From: a virus
Lineage: Duplodnaviria > Heunggongvirae > Uroviricota > Caudoviricetes
Length of the DNA: 64,000 nt
Virus record (IMG/VR): IMGVR_UViG_3300046507_000435
Coordinates: 1-64,000 of that record
Reading direction: 5' to 3' (one strand)
Both the position numbers and the translations under genes were made by a program. This document shows positions 17,596 to 26,648 of the stretch, piece after piece; position 1 is the first letter of the stretch, and each line of letters opens with the position of its first letter. Below the pieces are notes generated by a model. It saw only the letters and a list, made by a program, of their open reading frames with translations. It made no database searches and had not been told where the DNA came from.

Positions 17596-17842
17596 TTGGT
17601 GCCTGGCACTCTCGCCGCGCTTTCAGGCGCAGCGCGAGTGCTGCCAGATCCGGCTGCTGGCCACCATGCCACGCCACGCCCGCGAAGCCGGCTACCAGCG
17701 CACCCGGGAAGTGAGCGGCAAGGCGGCCGAAGAGGCCCAGCGGCAGCTGGTCAAGGCGGAATGGCAGCGGCAGAAAGCTCCGCGCACGGCCACCGCGCGC
17801 GCGGCATTGAGCAACATGAAACAAATACTGAAGGCAGCATGA
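17582..17842 (+). CDS. hypothetical small basic protein
   Basis: 86 aa or shorter. Cys-rich N-terminus and a K/R-rich tail. Stop overlaps the next ATG. Confidence 0.3.
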   Translation: MPLCDWCLALSPRFQAQRECCQIRLLATMPRHAREAGYQRTREVSGKAAEEAQRQLVKAEWQRQKAPRTATARAALSNMKQILKAA

Positions 17843-18348
17843 AAGCAAAGAAACCCCGTAACAAGGCCTACCGGCCTAAAGCGAATCTCACCGGCGGCGG
17901 CCTGCAGGCGCTGGTGCGCATCGAGGACCGCGCCCGCATCCGCACCATCAACAACAGCACCTATCGGCCGGAGGATCTGACCGACCTGCGCACCGCCTAC
18001 TGGGTGGCGTTCGCCAATTTGAAACAGGGCCACCCGACCGAGGAAGCGTGGGGCCATGTGTGCTTTTCGCTCAACCTGGCACTGGTGCTGTGCGAGCTGG
18101 GCTTCGGCAGTGAGTGGACCGACACCGTCGTCGCCGCGCTCGACGGTATTTTCAAGGCCAAGCAGCGCGGCGACCGCACCGGCCGCTACGGGCTGGACGG
18201 CGACGCCATCAAGGCGGTCACGGATGCGCTTGAGGTGCACGATCAGCAGATGGAAGTGGCCACCCGCGCGGAAACCGCGCAGGCCTATGCCATCGTGCAG
18301 CAGCGCATCGCGGCCGGCAACGTCTACACCGCCGAGCAAGTTCACTAA
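17839..18348 (+). CDS. hypothetical phage protein
   Basis: 169 aa from MKAKKPRNKAY. The longer track ORF from 17596 is an upstream GC-rich extension. Confidence 0.45.
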   Translation: MKAKKPRNKAYRPKANLTGGGLQALVRIEDRARIRTINNSTYRPEDLTDLRTAYWVAFANLKQGHPTEEAWGHVCFSLNLALVLCELGFGSEWTDTVVAALDGIFKAKQRGDRTGRYGLDGDAIKAVTDALEVHDQQMEVATRAETAQAYAIVQQRIAAGNVYTAEQVH

Positions 18349-18398
18349 GCCCTTGCCGGCGGCGGCGCCGGCATTTATCACCACTGGAGCACAGACCA

Positions 18399-18754
18399 TG
18401 CGATTCCCAGAAAAAAACTCACGCGGCGAGAAGATCCTGCAGGCCTTTTTTAAGCGCGGCGCGATGACGATCTACCAGGGCGCCGAGGAACACGGCGAGT
18501 TCGCCACCGCGCGGGTGCCGCAGGGGATCGAGCACGAAAAGATGGTGGTGCTGTACTGCGAGCTGGTCGAGCGCGGCTGCCTGATTCGTGAAGGCATCAA
18601 ATACCGGCTGTCGGAGGCCGCCCAGCACCGCATGAAGCTGCTGGCCAGCACGCCCGAGCCGCGCTCGATCGTGCCGCCGCGCATCAAGAACTTCCTCAGC
18701 AAGCCTCTGTTTTTGGGCTATTCGCCGTTCACGCCGCGACGTTTGAGCTTCTAA
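18399..18754 (+). CDS. hypothetical phage protein
   Basis: 118 aa from MRFPEKNSRGEKILQAFFKRG. Lies within the larger track ORF 18056..18754. Confidence 0.4.
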
Positions 18755-18826
18755 GCACCTAAATTCCAAGTTTCTCACGTTCCAATCTTAGACTGCCTCC
18801 CGAACCGACCCAGGAGAAGCCCTTAG

Positions 18827-19285
18827 ATGAAAAAACGTGATCCGATCGCCGAGTATGTGCAAGACTGGGTGCGCTGGTGCCAGACACGCACCTTTTACGC
18901 ACCCGCCCCGACCAAGAGCCTGCTGGCGCGCATGCAGCCGGCCAAGACCGGCAGCGAGCCCAACGCCCGCAACCACCCCGACATGCAGTATTTCAACATG
19001 GCGGTGCACACCCTGGCCGACATGAAGCAGTGGCGCCGCGAGTGGCCGACGTTCAGGGCGCACTTCCTGGGGCCGGCGCAAGTGGTCAAGGTCACCGCCG
19101 CCCAGCTGGGCATCGGCACGCGCACCTACTACGACCACATCACGCGCTTTTCGCGCGCGGCCTACGTCATGGCCGAGCACATCAAAAAGGCCCATGAGGC
19201 CATGCACCCGGCGCCCAATCAACCGCCAGCGGCCGCGCCGGCGCCGGCACCAGTCGCACGGGGCGCGCATGGTCGCCTCCGTTAA
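18827..19285 (+). CDS. hypothetical protein; possible Q-type late-gene antiterminator
   Basis: Position at the end of the early/replication block. The Trp-rich N-terminus (DWVRWCQ) weakly recalls QuuD-type Q proteins. No firm motif. Confidence 0.3.
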   Translation: MKKRDPIAEYVQDWVRWCQTRTFYAPAPTKSLLARMQPAKTGSEPNARNHPDMQYFNMAVHTLADMKQWRREWPTFRAHFLGPAQVVKVTAAQLGIGTRTYYDHITRFSRAAYVMAEHIKKAHEAMHPAPNQPPAAAPAPAPVARGAHGRLR

Positions 19286-20342
19286 GCTGATCCGCGGGAT
19301 CTGGCACTACCGCTTTCAGATCGACGGCAAGCGCATCCAGCGCAGCACCCGCCTGCGCGGCCGCAACCGGGGCAAGGCCATGGCGATCGCCCAGCGCGCC
19401 TATGACGATGCCATCACCCTGCGCAACCAGGGCAAGCGCATGCCGACGCTGGCCGAGCTGGCGGCCGAGTGGCTGCGCGTGCGCGGCCCGGTGGTGAGCC
19501 GCGCCCACGCGACCAGCGTGGAGGCCTTCGCGCGCCTGCACCTGTTCGACCTGGGCGCGCTGCGCATCGAGGACATCACCACGCGCCGCGTCGAGCTGGC
19601 CCGCAACGACTACCTCAAAACGCACAAGCCGGCATCGGCCAATCACTGGCTGCGCAATCTGAAACTGGTGGTGAACTGGGCGGTGGCCGATGGCGTGCTG
19701 CCCAAGCTGCCATGGAAGGTGCCGATGATCCCGGTGCAGAAGCGCCCGCGCACGCTGCTGCCGCTGGCCGACACCGTCAAATGGTTCGCCGTCATCGATG
19801 AATTTACACGGCGCCCGGTGGCGCAGGGCGTGGCCACGGCGATCCGCATGATGTACGGGCTGGGCCTGCGCGAAATGGAGGCGGCCGGCGCGCGCTGGGA
19901 GTGGGTCGACTGGGAGCGCGGTACCTACACGCCGGGCAAGACCAAGGGCTACGAGGCCGAGCCGATCGACATGCCGGACTGGCTGGTGGCGCACCTGCTG
20001 CCGCTGCGCCGTGAGTCGGGCCTGATCGCGCCGCGCCGCAATGGCCGCCAGCGGCCCAGCGGCTTCACCGCGACCGCCATGCGCCACGCCAACACCGCCT
20101 GCCAGATCCACGGCCTGACGCCACACCGGCTGCGCGGGACGTTCGCCACGCTGCTGTCCGAGAACGGGGTACCGATACAGGAAGTGCAGGCGGCGCTGCG
20201 CCACAAAGATCCGATGACGACCATGAAGTACCTGGAGAGGAAGCGCGGCACCCTGAAAAAGGGCCAGCAGGGCATCGCCGAGCTGAACGGAATGATGCGG
20301 CAACAAAACGGCGGCGAGCCGGCTGCGGGGGCGCAGCCATGA
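19269..20342 (+). CDS. int: tyrosine recombinase / phage integrase
   Basis: Catalytic R (GLGLREME), HRLRGTFAT (H-x-x-R) and the MKYLE tyrosine. An internal Met at 19269 (MVASVKLIRGIWHYRF) is the likely start; the track ORF starts at 19194. Confidence 0.85.
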   Translation: MVASVKLIRGIWHYRFQIDGKRIQRSTRLRGRNRGKAMAIAQRAYDDAITLRNQGKRMPTLAELAAEWLRVRGPVVSRAHATSVEAFARLHLFDLGALRIEDITTRRVELARNDYLKTHKPASANHWLRNLKLVVNWAVADGVLPKLPWKVPMIPVQKRPRTLLPLADTVKWFAVIDEFTRRPVAQGVATAIRMMYGLGLREMEAAGARWEWVDWERGTYTPGKTKGYEAEPIDMPDWLVAHLLPLRRESGLIAPRRNGRQRPSGFTATAMRHANTACQIHGLTPHRLRGTFATLLSENGVPIQEVQAALRHKDPMTTMKYLERKRGTLKKGQQGIAELNGMMRQQNGGEPAAGAQP

Positions 20343-20419
20343 GCGATCGGCGTTTAAGCCATAGTCATATCCGAAATTTAAGAGGTCAAAAAGACACTGT
20401 TTCAAAACAGGCATTTTTC

Positions 20420-20720
20420 AGGGTCGAAAACTGCAACCAAAAACAGGGCACCTGCAACCATTTTTCAGAGGCCAAAAACATGGGCGAAAACATTGTTAAT
20501 TTCAGCCTGGCCAAGCTGCTGGGCACGCCGTTGCGCCTGCGGATAATTCCGCGCGCAATCAATGACTTGCTGAAATCCGCACACCCCGAAAAGTGGTATT
20601 GCTGGCGGTCGGCGCCGCCCGGTAGTTTTGCCTGTGTCCCGCACCTCAATTTTGGGCAAATTCCGTGGTTGCAGTTTGCATGGTTACAGGTTTGGTTGCA
20701 GAACGCCCCTGACCTGCAAC
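20420..20720. repeat. cluster of 9-bp direct and inverted motifs downstream of int (candidate attP arm sites or regulatory sites)
   Basis: CTGCAACCA at 20430, 20451 and 20706. Its inverse TGGTTGCAG at 20668 and 20692. The 460-bp stretch has lower GC. The track ORF 20339..20794 has odd composition and is probably not coding. Confidence 0.4.
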
Positions 20721-20881
20721 CATTGCCGATTGAGCAAAACCGCCTCTACCTCAATAAAGCACAGCTCCGGTGGCTTACGAAACCTGTTTTCTAAGTTTCC
20801 CGCCGAACCGCCTTATCCTCGCGGCCAGCTGCAAACCAAATCACTCTCGCGCATCACAGCGCACTTGCTAAAGGAATACTG

Positions 20882-21805
20882 ATGTCCCTGTTTGCCCACA
20901 CCATGAACAACACCATCGAAGGCTTTGGAGCCAACCCGAAACGCAGCAAACGAATCGGCGTCGCTATCCTCGCCGCAGTCCTTGCCTTCGCCTTCTGGCC
21001 AATCCATAGCGTCCCGACCGGATCGCGCGGCGTCATCACCCAATTCGGCGCAATCAAGGGCATCGAGCCAGAGGGCGCCGTCATCCTGGCACCGTGGCAA
21101 AAAATGGCACTGTTCAGTGTCCGTGCTGAATCGGCCAACATCGACGGCGCACAAGGCAGCACCAGCGACCAACAGCCCGTTACGGTCAGCATGACCGTGC
21201 GATACAGCATCGCCACCAACCGCGTAGCCGATGTCTACGAGCAATACAGCCACGATGGCGACCTGTCATCCTATGTCCAAACCGCCACGCAGGAAGTGTT
21301 CAAGGCCATCACGGCGAAATACACCGCGCCCGAGCTGATATCCCAGCGCGCCAAAGTGTCCGCCGACATTAGCGCTGCCCTGAAGTCGAAGATCCAGCTC
21401 TATGGTGCTCAGGTCATCAACATCGACATGCGCAGCTTCTCGTTCTCGCCGGACTATATGGCAGCCATCGGCGCGAAGGTGACGCAGGAGCAGCTGCGAC
21501 TGGGCGCCGAGAACAAGCTCAAGACCGTCGAGGCGGAACAGAAACAGAAAGTGGCTATCGCCGAGGCGGAAGCGAGCGCGAAACGTGCAACCGCCGACGG
21601 CCAAGCCTATGCGGATCTGAAGGTGGCCGCAGCACAAGCCGAAGCGCTGAAGATCCAGAGCCAGGCGCTCGCACAGAGCAAGGACGTGCTGGAGCTGCGC
21701 CGCATCGAGGTCGAGCAGACCAAGGCACACCGCTGGGACGGCAAGCTGCCGCAGGCCATCTATGCGGGCGCCCCAATCCCGTTCCTCAATATGTCGAAAC
21801 AGTAG
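20882..21805 (+). CDS. SPFH/band-7 (prohibitin/HflC-like) membrane protein
   Basis: N-terminal TM helix (IGVAILAAVLAFAFW), then an SPFH core (GSRGVITQFGAIKGIEPEGAVILAPWQKM...VTVSMTVRYSI) and a long Ala/Glu-rich coiled coil. Confidence 0.8.
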   Translation: MSLFAHTMNNTIEGFGANPKRSKRIGVAILAAVLAFAFWPIHSVPTGSRGVITQFGAIKGIEPEGAVILAPWQKMALFSVRAESANIDGAQGSTSDQQPVTVSMTVRYSIATNRVADVYEQYSHDGDLSSYVQTATQEVFKAITAKYTAPELISQRAKVSADISAALKSKIQLYGAQVINIDMRSFSFSPDYMAAIGAKVTQEQLRLGAENKLKTVEAEQKQKVAIAEAEASAKRATADGQAYADLKVAAAQAEALKIQSQALAQSKDVLELRRIEVEQTKAHRWDGKLPQAIYAGAPIPFLNMSKQ

Positions 21806-21807
21806 GG

Positions 21808-22275
21808 GTGGTGCGCGCCATGAGAACGAACGATCCACACATGGCGCGCATGGTCGGCCGCGCCAAGCGCCGCGCACTCTCCGCAGCCTTTTCCGCCGCC
21901 CGTCGAACAGCTCAGCTCCGCGACGAAACGCGGGCGAAGACTTGGCGCGACATGCAGGCAATGCTCAAGACAAACAGCGTCCGCATCCCGGGCTCGCCCA
22001 TCACGCCCAAAGACTGGGCGAAGTTCTACGGCGGACCACTGTTCGATGATCACCGCGCGCTCATGGACCGTGCGATGTATTCCGTCTTTAAGTCGGGCTT
22101 TGCCATGTTGGTGAGGTCACCATTCTCCATCGGCGCGATCAGCTGCGACCTAGCCGCCTCTGATTCGCTGGACGCCCTGGCGCGCGAACACTACGACCGC
22201 TCCGAAGCCTGTGCTCCAGCTCATTCCCCGCAACCTGGCGCCACATGGCGTCTGTCTGACTATTCCACTTACTGA
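21808..22275 (+). CDS. hypothetical protein
   Basis: 155 aa with ordinary composition. ATG follows the upstream stop after a 2-nt gap. Confidence 0.4.
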   Translation: MVRAMRTNDPHMARMVGRAKRRALSAAFSAARRTAQLRDETRAKTWRDMQAMLKTNSVRIPGSPITPKDWAKFYGGPLFDDHRALMDRAMYSVFKSGFAMLVRSPFSIGAISCDLAASDSLDALAREHYDRSEACAPAHSPQPGATWRLSDYSTY

Positions 22276-22278
22276 CAC

Positions 22279-22671
22279 ATGAACGAACAGAAACGAGAAC
22301 GCCTCGCGCTAGCCAGGCGATTTACCACCATCCGACAGAAGCAGCGCCGCAAACTGGCACTGGCCCTGTATGAGCCGAGTGGCGCGGAAATAACGTCAAT
22401 CGGAAGACGGACCATCGAATTCGATATCAACGCAGGGCACCTTTCGGCTCACTCCTGCGCACCGGTCACGTTTGGCGTTTGGGAAGGCCCCCACCCAGTA
22501 GTGGCATCGGCAGCGGTGCTTTTCGACGTGGCAACAGGCGAGAGCATGCCTGGCCTCAATCCCGTGCACCTGAAACGAGCACTCGTGCTGAACAGGTCAG
22601 ACATAGCTTACTTTCCTGCCGGCGCCATCCAGTTGGGCTGGGAGAATACTTGCGCATTGGAACGTCTATGA
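22279..22671 (+). CDS. hypothetical protein
   Basis: 130 aa. First of a compact + strand run of small genes. Confidence 0.4.
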   Translation: MNEQKRERLALARRFTTIRQKQRRKLALALYEPSGAEITSIGRRTIEFDINAGHLSAHSCAPVTFGVWEGPHPVVASAAVLFDVATGESMPGLNPVHLKRALVLNRSDIAYFPAGAIQLGWENTCALERL

Positions 22672-22892
22672 AAACCATCGTTGACCAGCACGGCAAACCG
22701 TTCAAGCCCAATCTATTTTCCACCCTGTCGGACAGGCTCAACCGACTTGTATCGATCGAGCTACTCGACGCCGCAAAACCATCCGAATGGGAAGCGTGGC
22801 ACCGAGTATCCCAGCTGCGCAAGTCGTGCGGCGAGCCGCCGCAAACCATCACCTTCCGGCGATACAGCCCACTGACGGAGAAAACACCTTGA
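22668..22892 (+). CDS. hypothetical small protein
   Basis: 74 aa from MKTIVDQHGKPF. Overlaps the upstream stop (ATGA). Confidence 0.3.
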   Translation: MKTIVDQHGKPFKPNLFSTLSDRLNRLVSIELLDAAKPSEWEAWHRVSQLRKSCGEPPQTITFRRYSPLTEKTP

Positions 22893-23143
22893 CCGTCACC
22901 ATCAACACCGAAGTCAAGATAACCGCCACCTTGACCCTCACCGAAGGCCAGCTGCGCGCACTGGACGCCATGACCGGCTACGGCGCCGATGCCTTCCTAC
23001 GGGCGTTCTACGTCAAGCTGGGCAAACACTACATGAAGCCGTTTGAGCGCGACCTGCGCGACCTGTTCAAGGCCATCGATGCGCAGGTCACGCCAGCGCT
23101 GCAGGGCGTAAAGCAGGCCCGCGCCAACTTGGGGCTCGCATAA
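22889..23143 (+). CDS. hypothetical small protein (TTG start)
   Basis: About 85 aa from (L)TVTINTEVKITATLTL. Coupled to its neighbours. Confidence 0.3.
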   Translation: MTVTINTEVKITATLTLTEGQLRALDAMTGYGADAFLRAFYVKLGKHYMKPFERDLRDLFKAIDAQVTPALQGVKQARANLGLA

Positions 23144-23433
23144 TGCCGCGCCTCGGCAAGTTCGGGCCAGCAAAGGAAGCGCAGATCAAGCGCGCGATCG
23201 CATCGACCAGCATCGACAAGATGCTGGCCGTATTCGCGCATCCTGGCGGAACAGCCGAGTCCATCCACCCGTGCCTGACCAGCCAGCAGCGCGACACGGC
23301 CATCCGCCGCGAATTTGAGCTGGTCTACCGCCTTCACCTATCGCCGGCCATCCAGAAGCAACACCGCGCCGTGAGCACGCTGCTGCAGCTGCGCGCGGCA
23401 TCGATCAACGCCAACCCAACACGACAACCATGA
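23143..23433 (+). CDS. hypothetical small protein
   Basis: 96 aa. Stop-start overlaps. Confidence 0.35.
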   Translation: MPRLGKFGPAKEAQIKRAIASTSIDKMLAVFAHPGGTAESIHPCLTSQQRDTAIRREFELVYRLHLSPAIQKQHRAVSTLLQLRAASINANPTRQP

Positions 23434-23930
23434 TACAGACACACCCGCCAACCGAAAAACCATCCCCAGTGGCAATGCCGGAAATGCCCCTCTACCAGTG
23501 CCATAAGCAGGTTCGCGCCTTCAAGATTGGCGCTATCAGGCGCGGCAAGACGTTCTCGCGGGTCTACAGCACGGGGGTCAACCAGATGTTTGCCGTTGAC
23601 GTGTACGAATCGGCCATCGTTAAGCATAACCCCCAGCTCGGTGACTACTACGTCCAGTACGAGGACGGCTATACCTCGTTCTCGCCAGCTGCAGCCTTTG
23701 AAGCTGGCTACTCGCGCATTGAAGGCGCCGAAGCTCCCACATGGGGGATGCGGGCTTGCGACCTTGGTTTTTCCAATACGCTACCAATCAAGCAGCCAAC
23801 CACCGACAGCGTCACAGTCGACGGCGTCACCATCCCCGGCGGCCAGCGTGTCATCCAGGGCGCGGCCGTGGGCAAACTCTGCATCAAGCGACCCGCCAAG
23901 ATCCGCGTCAAGCTGCTGGCCCAACCATGA
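23430..23930 (+). CDS. hypothetical protein
   Basis: 166 aa with protein-like composition. Confidence 0.4.
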   Translation: MIQTHPPTEKPSPVAMPEMPLYQCHKQVRAFKIGAIRRGKTFSRVYSTGVNQMFAVDVYESAIVKHNPQLGDYYVQYEDGYTSFSPAAAFEAGYSRIEGAEAPTWGMRACDLGFSNTLPIKQPTTDSVTVDGVTIPGGQRVIQGAAVGKLCIKRPAKIRVKLLAQP

Positions 23931-24538
23931 ACGGCCGCTACTTGATGGACGAGGAAGGCGAGAACATCGCCCTGCGCAGCTTCCTGAGGCTGTACGGCGG
24001 CTATAGCGACGCAATTGCCATCAGCACCATGCGCGAACACATGGAATTGTCAGGATGGGATGGCTGCTGGCCAGATTGGGTCAGCACCGCGAAGAAGGGC
24101 GAAACGCTGACCAAAGCAGGCGCCCAACTGTGGATACGCCACCTGATCGCGCTGGAGAAGAGGCCCGTCAGCATCCATCCGAAAGCATCCGTCACGATGC
24201 TCAATAGGATCATTGCGGAGCTGGAGAGCGGCGCCGGCCCCGATCGGAAGATCGACGCGCTCATTGACCTGTGGCGAAAGCGCGGCGTCTGCGGGCATCC
24301 CGACTCTGTGCGCCGATATACCGCCGTGCGCGACTTCGCATTGAAGCTGTTCCCGCGCCAACCAGGTTCCCAGCTGATCATCGAGCGCACGGGCGAGGCC
24401 GGGCAGGTCATCCAGTGCGGCGTCATTGAACAACATTACAACGTCTGGTACGAGGCACACGATCTTTGGCCACCGGCGCGGCAACTGTGCCTCATCGCCT
24501 TAAAGGCTCAGCGGGATCTGATTGCGAGGGAAAATTGA
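23927..24538 (+). CDS. hypothetical protein
   Basis: 203 aa from MNGRYLMDEEGEN. W/C/H-containing. The upstream part of track ORF 23741 is R-rich. Confidence 0.45.
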   Translation: MNGRYLMDEEGENIALRSFLRLYGGYSDAIAISTMREHMELSGWDGCWPDWVSTAKKGETLTKAGAQLWIRHLIALEKRPVSIHPKASVTMLNRIIAELESGAGPDRKIDALIDLWRKRGVCGHPDSVRRYTAVRDFALKLFPRQPGSQLIIERTGEAGQVIQCGVIEQHYNVWYEAHDLWPPARQLCLIALKAQRDLIAREN

Positions 24539-24870
24539 ACCAACAGGATCAGCAGGCCGTCAGCATCGATCCCGCCGGCGGCAAGGACTACACGGTCGTG
24601 ATCATGGGCGGCGGCGGGGATGGCCCTGCCATCAGCAGGATGCTGGCCAAGTTGGCGGCAGATGGTTTTGAGGTCGGCTTTGTCGAGAACTTCAGGTATA
24701 TCAACGATATGGAGCTGAAGCCAAGCATGCTTGACTCCTTCCCCATCATCGCGGCCGACTTGATCGAGCCGCCACCGCTGCGGAATGACTTGGCTGCGCT
24801 TCGCCGCGGTGTGCACGCGCGCGAGAAGCAAAACAGGAAACGGATCACGGGGAAGGGCCGCCGGCGGTAG
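24535..24870 (+). CDS. hypothetical small protein (start uncertain)
   Basis: Coding-like segment GGGGDGPAISRMLAKLAADGFEVGFVENF. A TTG at 24535 overlaps the upstream stop. Confidence 0.3.
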   Translation: MNQQDQQAVSIDPAGGKDYTVVIMGGGGDGPAISRMLAKLAADGFEVGFVENFRYINDMELKPSMLDSFPIIAADLIEPPPLRNDLAALRRGVHAREKQNRKRITGKGRRR

Positions 24871-25183
24871 CATCCGTGTACTGCACTTCGCAGTGCCACA
24901 CCTGGCGCGTTTCCTTGCGCGTCAGTTCGTCCGTTTCAATTCCAGTGATGCGCATCACGCCCTCACGGATAAACAAGACCTCCGCATCGTCCAGCTGGGG
25001 GAGGGCATCGGCCATGACGCCCGGTACGCTAAACCGGGCAGTCTTCGTGTGCCGCTTCCATACGGGATGATAGCGCTGATCTAAACGCAGCTCGCCCAAG
25101 GCGCCGGCACCAGCGAATCCCTCCCGCCACTTTCCCATGGGCCGGCCGCCATCCTCATGGAGCGCCATCGCTCTAACTCGCAT
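24845..25183 (-). CDS. small SOS-regulated protein (candidate Tum-like antirepressor)
   Basis: 112-aa ORF whose upstream region carries a perfect LexA box, 20 bp from the start codon. Confidence 0.4.
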   Translation of the reverse strand: MRVRAMALHEDGGRPMGKWREGFAGAGALGELRLDQRYHPVWKRHTKTARFSVPGVMADALPQLDDAEVLFIREGVMRITGIETDELTRKETRQVWHCEVQYTDATAGGPSP

Positions 25184-25203
25184 AGTTATGCCCCATTAAA
25201 ATA

Positions 25204-25219
25204 CTGTATGTTTGAACAG
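25204..25219. promoter_or_regulatory. LexA (SOS) box
   Basis: CTGTATGTTTGAACAG is an exact CTGT-N8-ACAG match. It is flanked by TA-rich -10-like hexamers and lies between two minus-strand genes, upstream of 24845..25183. Confidence 0.6.
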
Positions 25220-25240
25220 TATAACATTAGGGCACAGCGC

Positions 25241-26134
25241 CTAGCGCTTCTCGCAGGCCATGGCAGCGTCTATCACTTCATCCGCATCCTCGCGGAACTG
25301 ATCGCGGAAGTCATCGAATGTCAACGCTTCGAATTCGTCCCGTGCACGGAATGCTTGCCATCGCGCGGCATCTTGCTCCAGTTCCTCTACCTTGGCGCGG
25401 ATCATGCCCAGCACCGCGAAGGAAACGCCCCACAGTTCAGCGTCATCGGCCGGGATCGCATCAGCCAGACCAAGCTTCGACGCAACCAGACGCAGGCGTT
25501 TACCGCTCTCCCTGTTCGACTCCAAGCGAGGCGTGACATATTCGTCCAGCACGGCCAGGCCAAAATCCGTATGCTCATAGATAGCGGCGGTCATGCGGCG
25601 CACCAGTCCAATTTCAGCCAGGCGCTTCATCATGGGCTTGGCTACATCGTAGCCTTCGCCATCGCTGGCGCACTCATGGAAGCGCCGCAGCGCGGCCATT
25701 TCGTCATCGGCGATCGCAACCGGCAACGGCGCTAACGGGCTATCCAGTGCGGCCGGCACCGACGAGGACGCAACAACGATCGCGCGGCCCTTGTCGCCGA
25801 TCTGGTTGCCAAGCCACAACGATTCGCCATCCGGGTACACGGCGCGCCATTTGCCGTCCTCGCCCTTGTCCGGGTCCAGCTGGACGACAGCAAGTTCACC
25901 GTGGGGATGGCGCAGCGTGTCACCCACGTGGATTGGCTTGCCCTCGTAGTCTGGCCATGGCGCAGCCTGTTGGGCCGTCATGCCTTGCACCGCGTCAGCT
26001 CGTACAGCACGGCGGAGACAGTCGCCGCGACATAGATATAGCCGATCCAGCGGATATAGCCGCCGCCGTTGTTGGCGCCCTGGCGCGCCGTATTCCTGGA
26101 GTTCGTCATGGTCAAATTGAGAGTAGTTGCGCAA
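25241..26134 (-). CDS. hypothetical protein (possible internal start near 25978)
   Basis: 297 aa with D/E-rich normal composition. Both overlapping + ORFs are R/P-rich junk. A TTGCGCAAAGCGCAA palindrome sits at 26128-26142, overlapping the annotated start. Confidence 0.45.
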   Translation of the reverse strand: MRNYSQFDHDELQEYGAPGRQQRRRLYPLDRLYLCRGDCLRRAVRADAVQGMTAQQAAPWPDYEGKPIHVGDTLRHPHGELAVVQLDPDKGEDGKWRAVYPDGESLWLGNQIGDKGRAIVVASSSVPAALDSPLAPLPVAIADDEMAALRRFHECASDGEGYDVAKPMMKRLAEIGLVRRMTAAIYEHTDFGLAVLDEYVTPRLESNRESGKRLRLVASKLGLADAIPADDAELWGVSFAVLGMIRAKVEELEQDAARWQAFRARDEFEALTFDDFRDQFREDADEVIDAAMACEKR

Positions 26135-26336
26135 AGCGCAAAGTATACAGAGCCACCCCTGAAATCAGACCGAAACACTGCACGGGCGCGGCCGCAACAG
26201 GTATGCGAGATTTTCCGCGCAATTTAGTCCTCGCAAAACCCGCACAAAAGCCCGTAAAATTCGCCTCAATTCGATAGGTTGAAAAACTGACTCTTGCGAA
26301 AAGCGCCGTAAAGAAGGCCTTTCAAGAGCATCGAAT

Positions 26337-26414
26337 GCTGCCATAGCTCAGTCGGTAGAGCGGCCGAGGAAAACGTACTTGGTGGCGTCGCTGGTTCGAG
26401 TCCAGCTGGCAGCA
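26337..26414 (+). tRNA. tRNA-like sequence with an aberrant anticodon arm (possible pseudo-tRNA)
   Basis: Good acceptor stem (GCTGCCA/TGGCAGC), D arm (GCTCAGTCGGTAGAGC) and T arm (GCTGGTTCGAGTCCAGC). The 27-nt region between them cannot be folded into a normal anticodon stem-loop. Confidence 0.3.
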
Positions 26415-26564
26415 ACATCGCGGATCAGGTTTGGTGGTGCCGTGTAAAGGCCGGCGCCATATAGCCCTGACGTAGGCGCCAAGCCTGATCCGCCCCCCAG
26501 AAAAAGTAAGGTGCGCGCCCGGTAGCCGGCAGATAGCCGGCGCTGCGGCCCGCACCGAACCCAA

Positions 26565-26640
26565 TGTCATGTAGCTCAGTTGGTAGAGCGTCGGATTGTT
26601 AATCCGGTGGTCGCTGGTTCGATCCCAGCCGTGACAGCCA
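26565..26640 (+). tRNA. tRNA-Asn (GTT)
   Basis: 76 nt. Acceptor TGTCATG/CGTGACA, D arm GCTCAGTTGGTAGAGC, anticodon arm TCGGA-TTGTTAA-TCCGG, T arm GCTGGTTCGATCCCAGC, encoded CCA. Confidence 0.9.
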
Positions 26641-26648
26641 GAACACAT

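Noticed and set aside
17596-17838. Extended N-terminus of track ORF 17596..18348
   Set aside because: The upstream part overlaps the 17582..17842 small gene and is Arg/Gly/Pro-rich. The ATG at 17839 overlapping the upstream stop is the more plausible start.
20339-20794. 151-aa ORF downstream of int
   Set aside because: Low-GC with odd composition, and it contains the 9-bp repeat cluster. It is more likely a non-coding att or regulatory region. It is kept only as a repeat feature.
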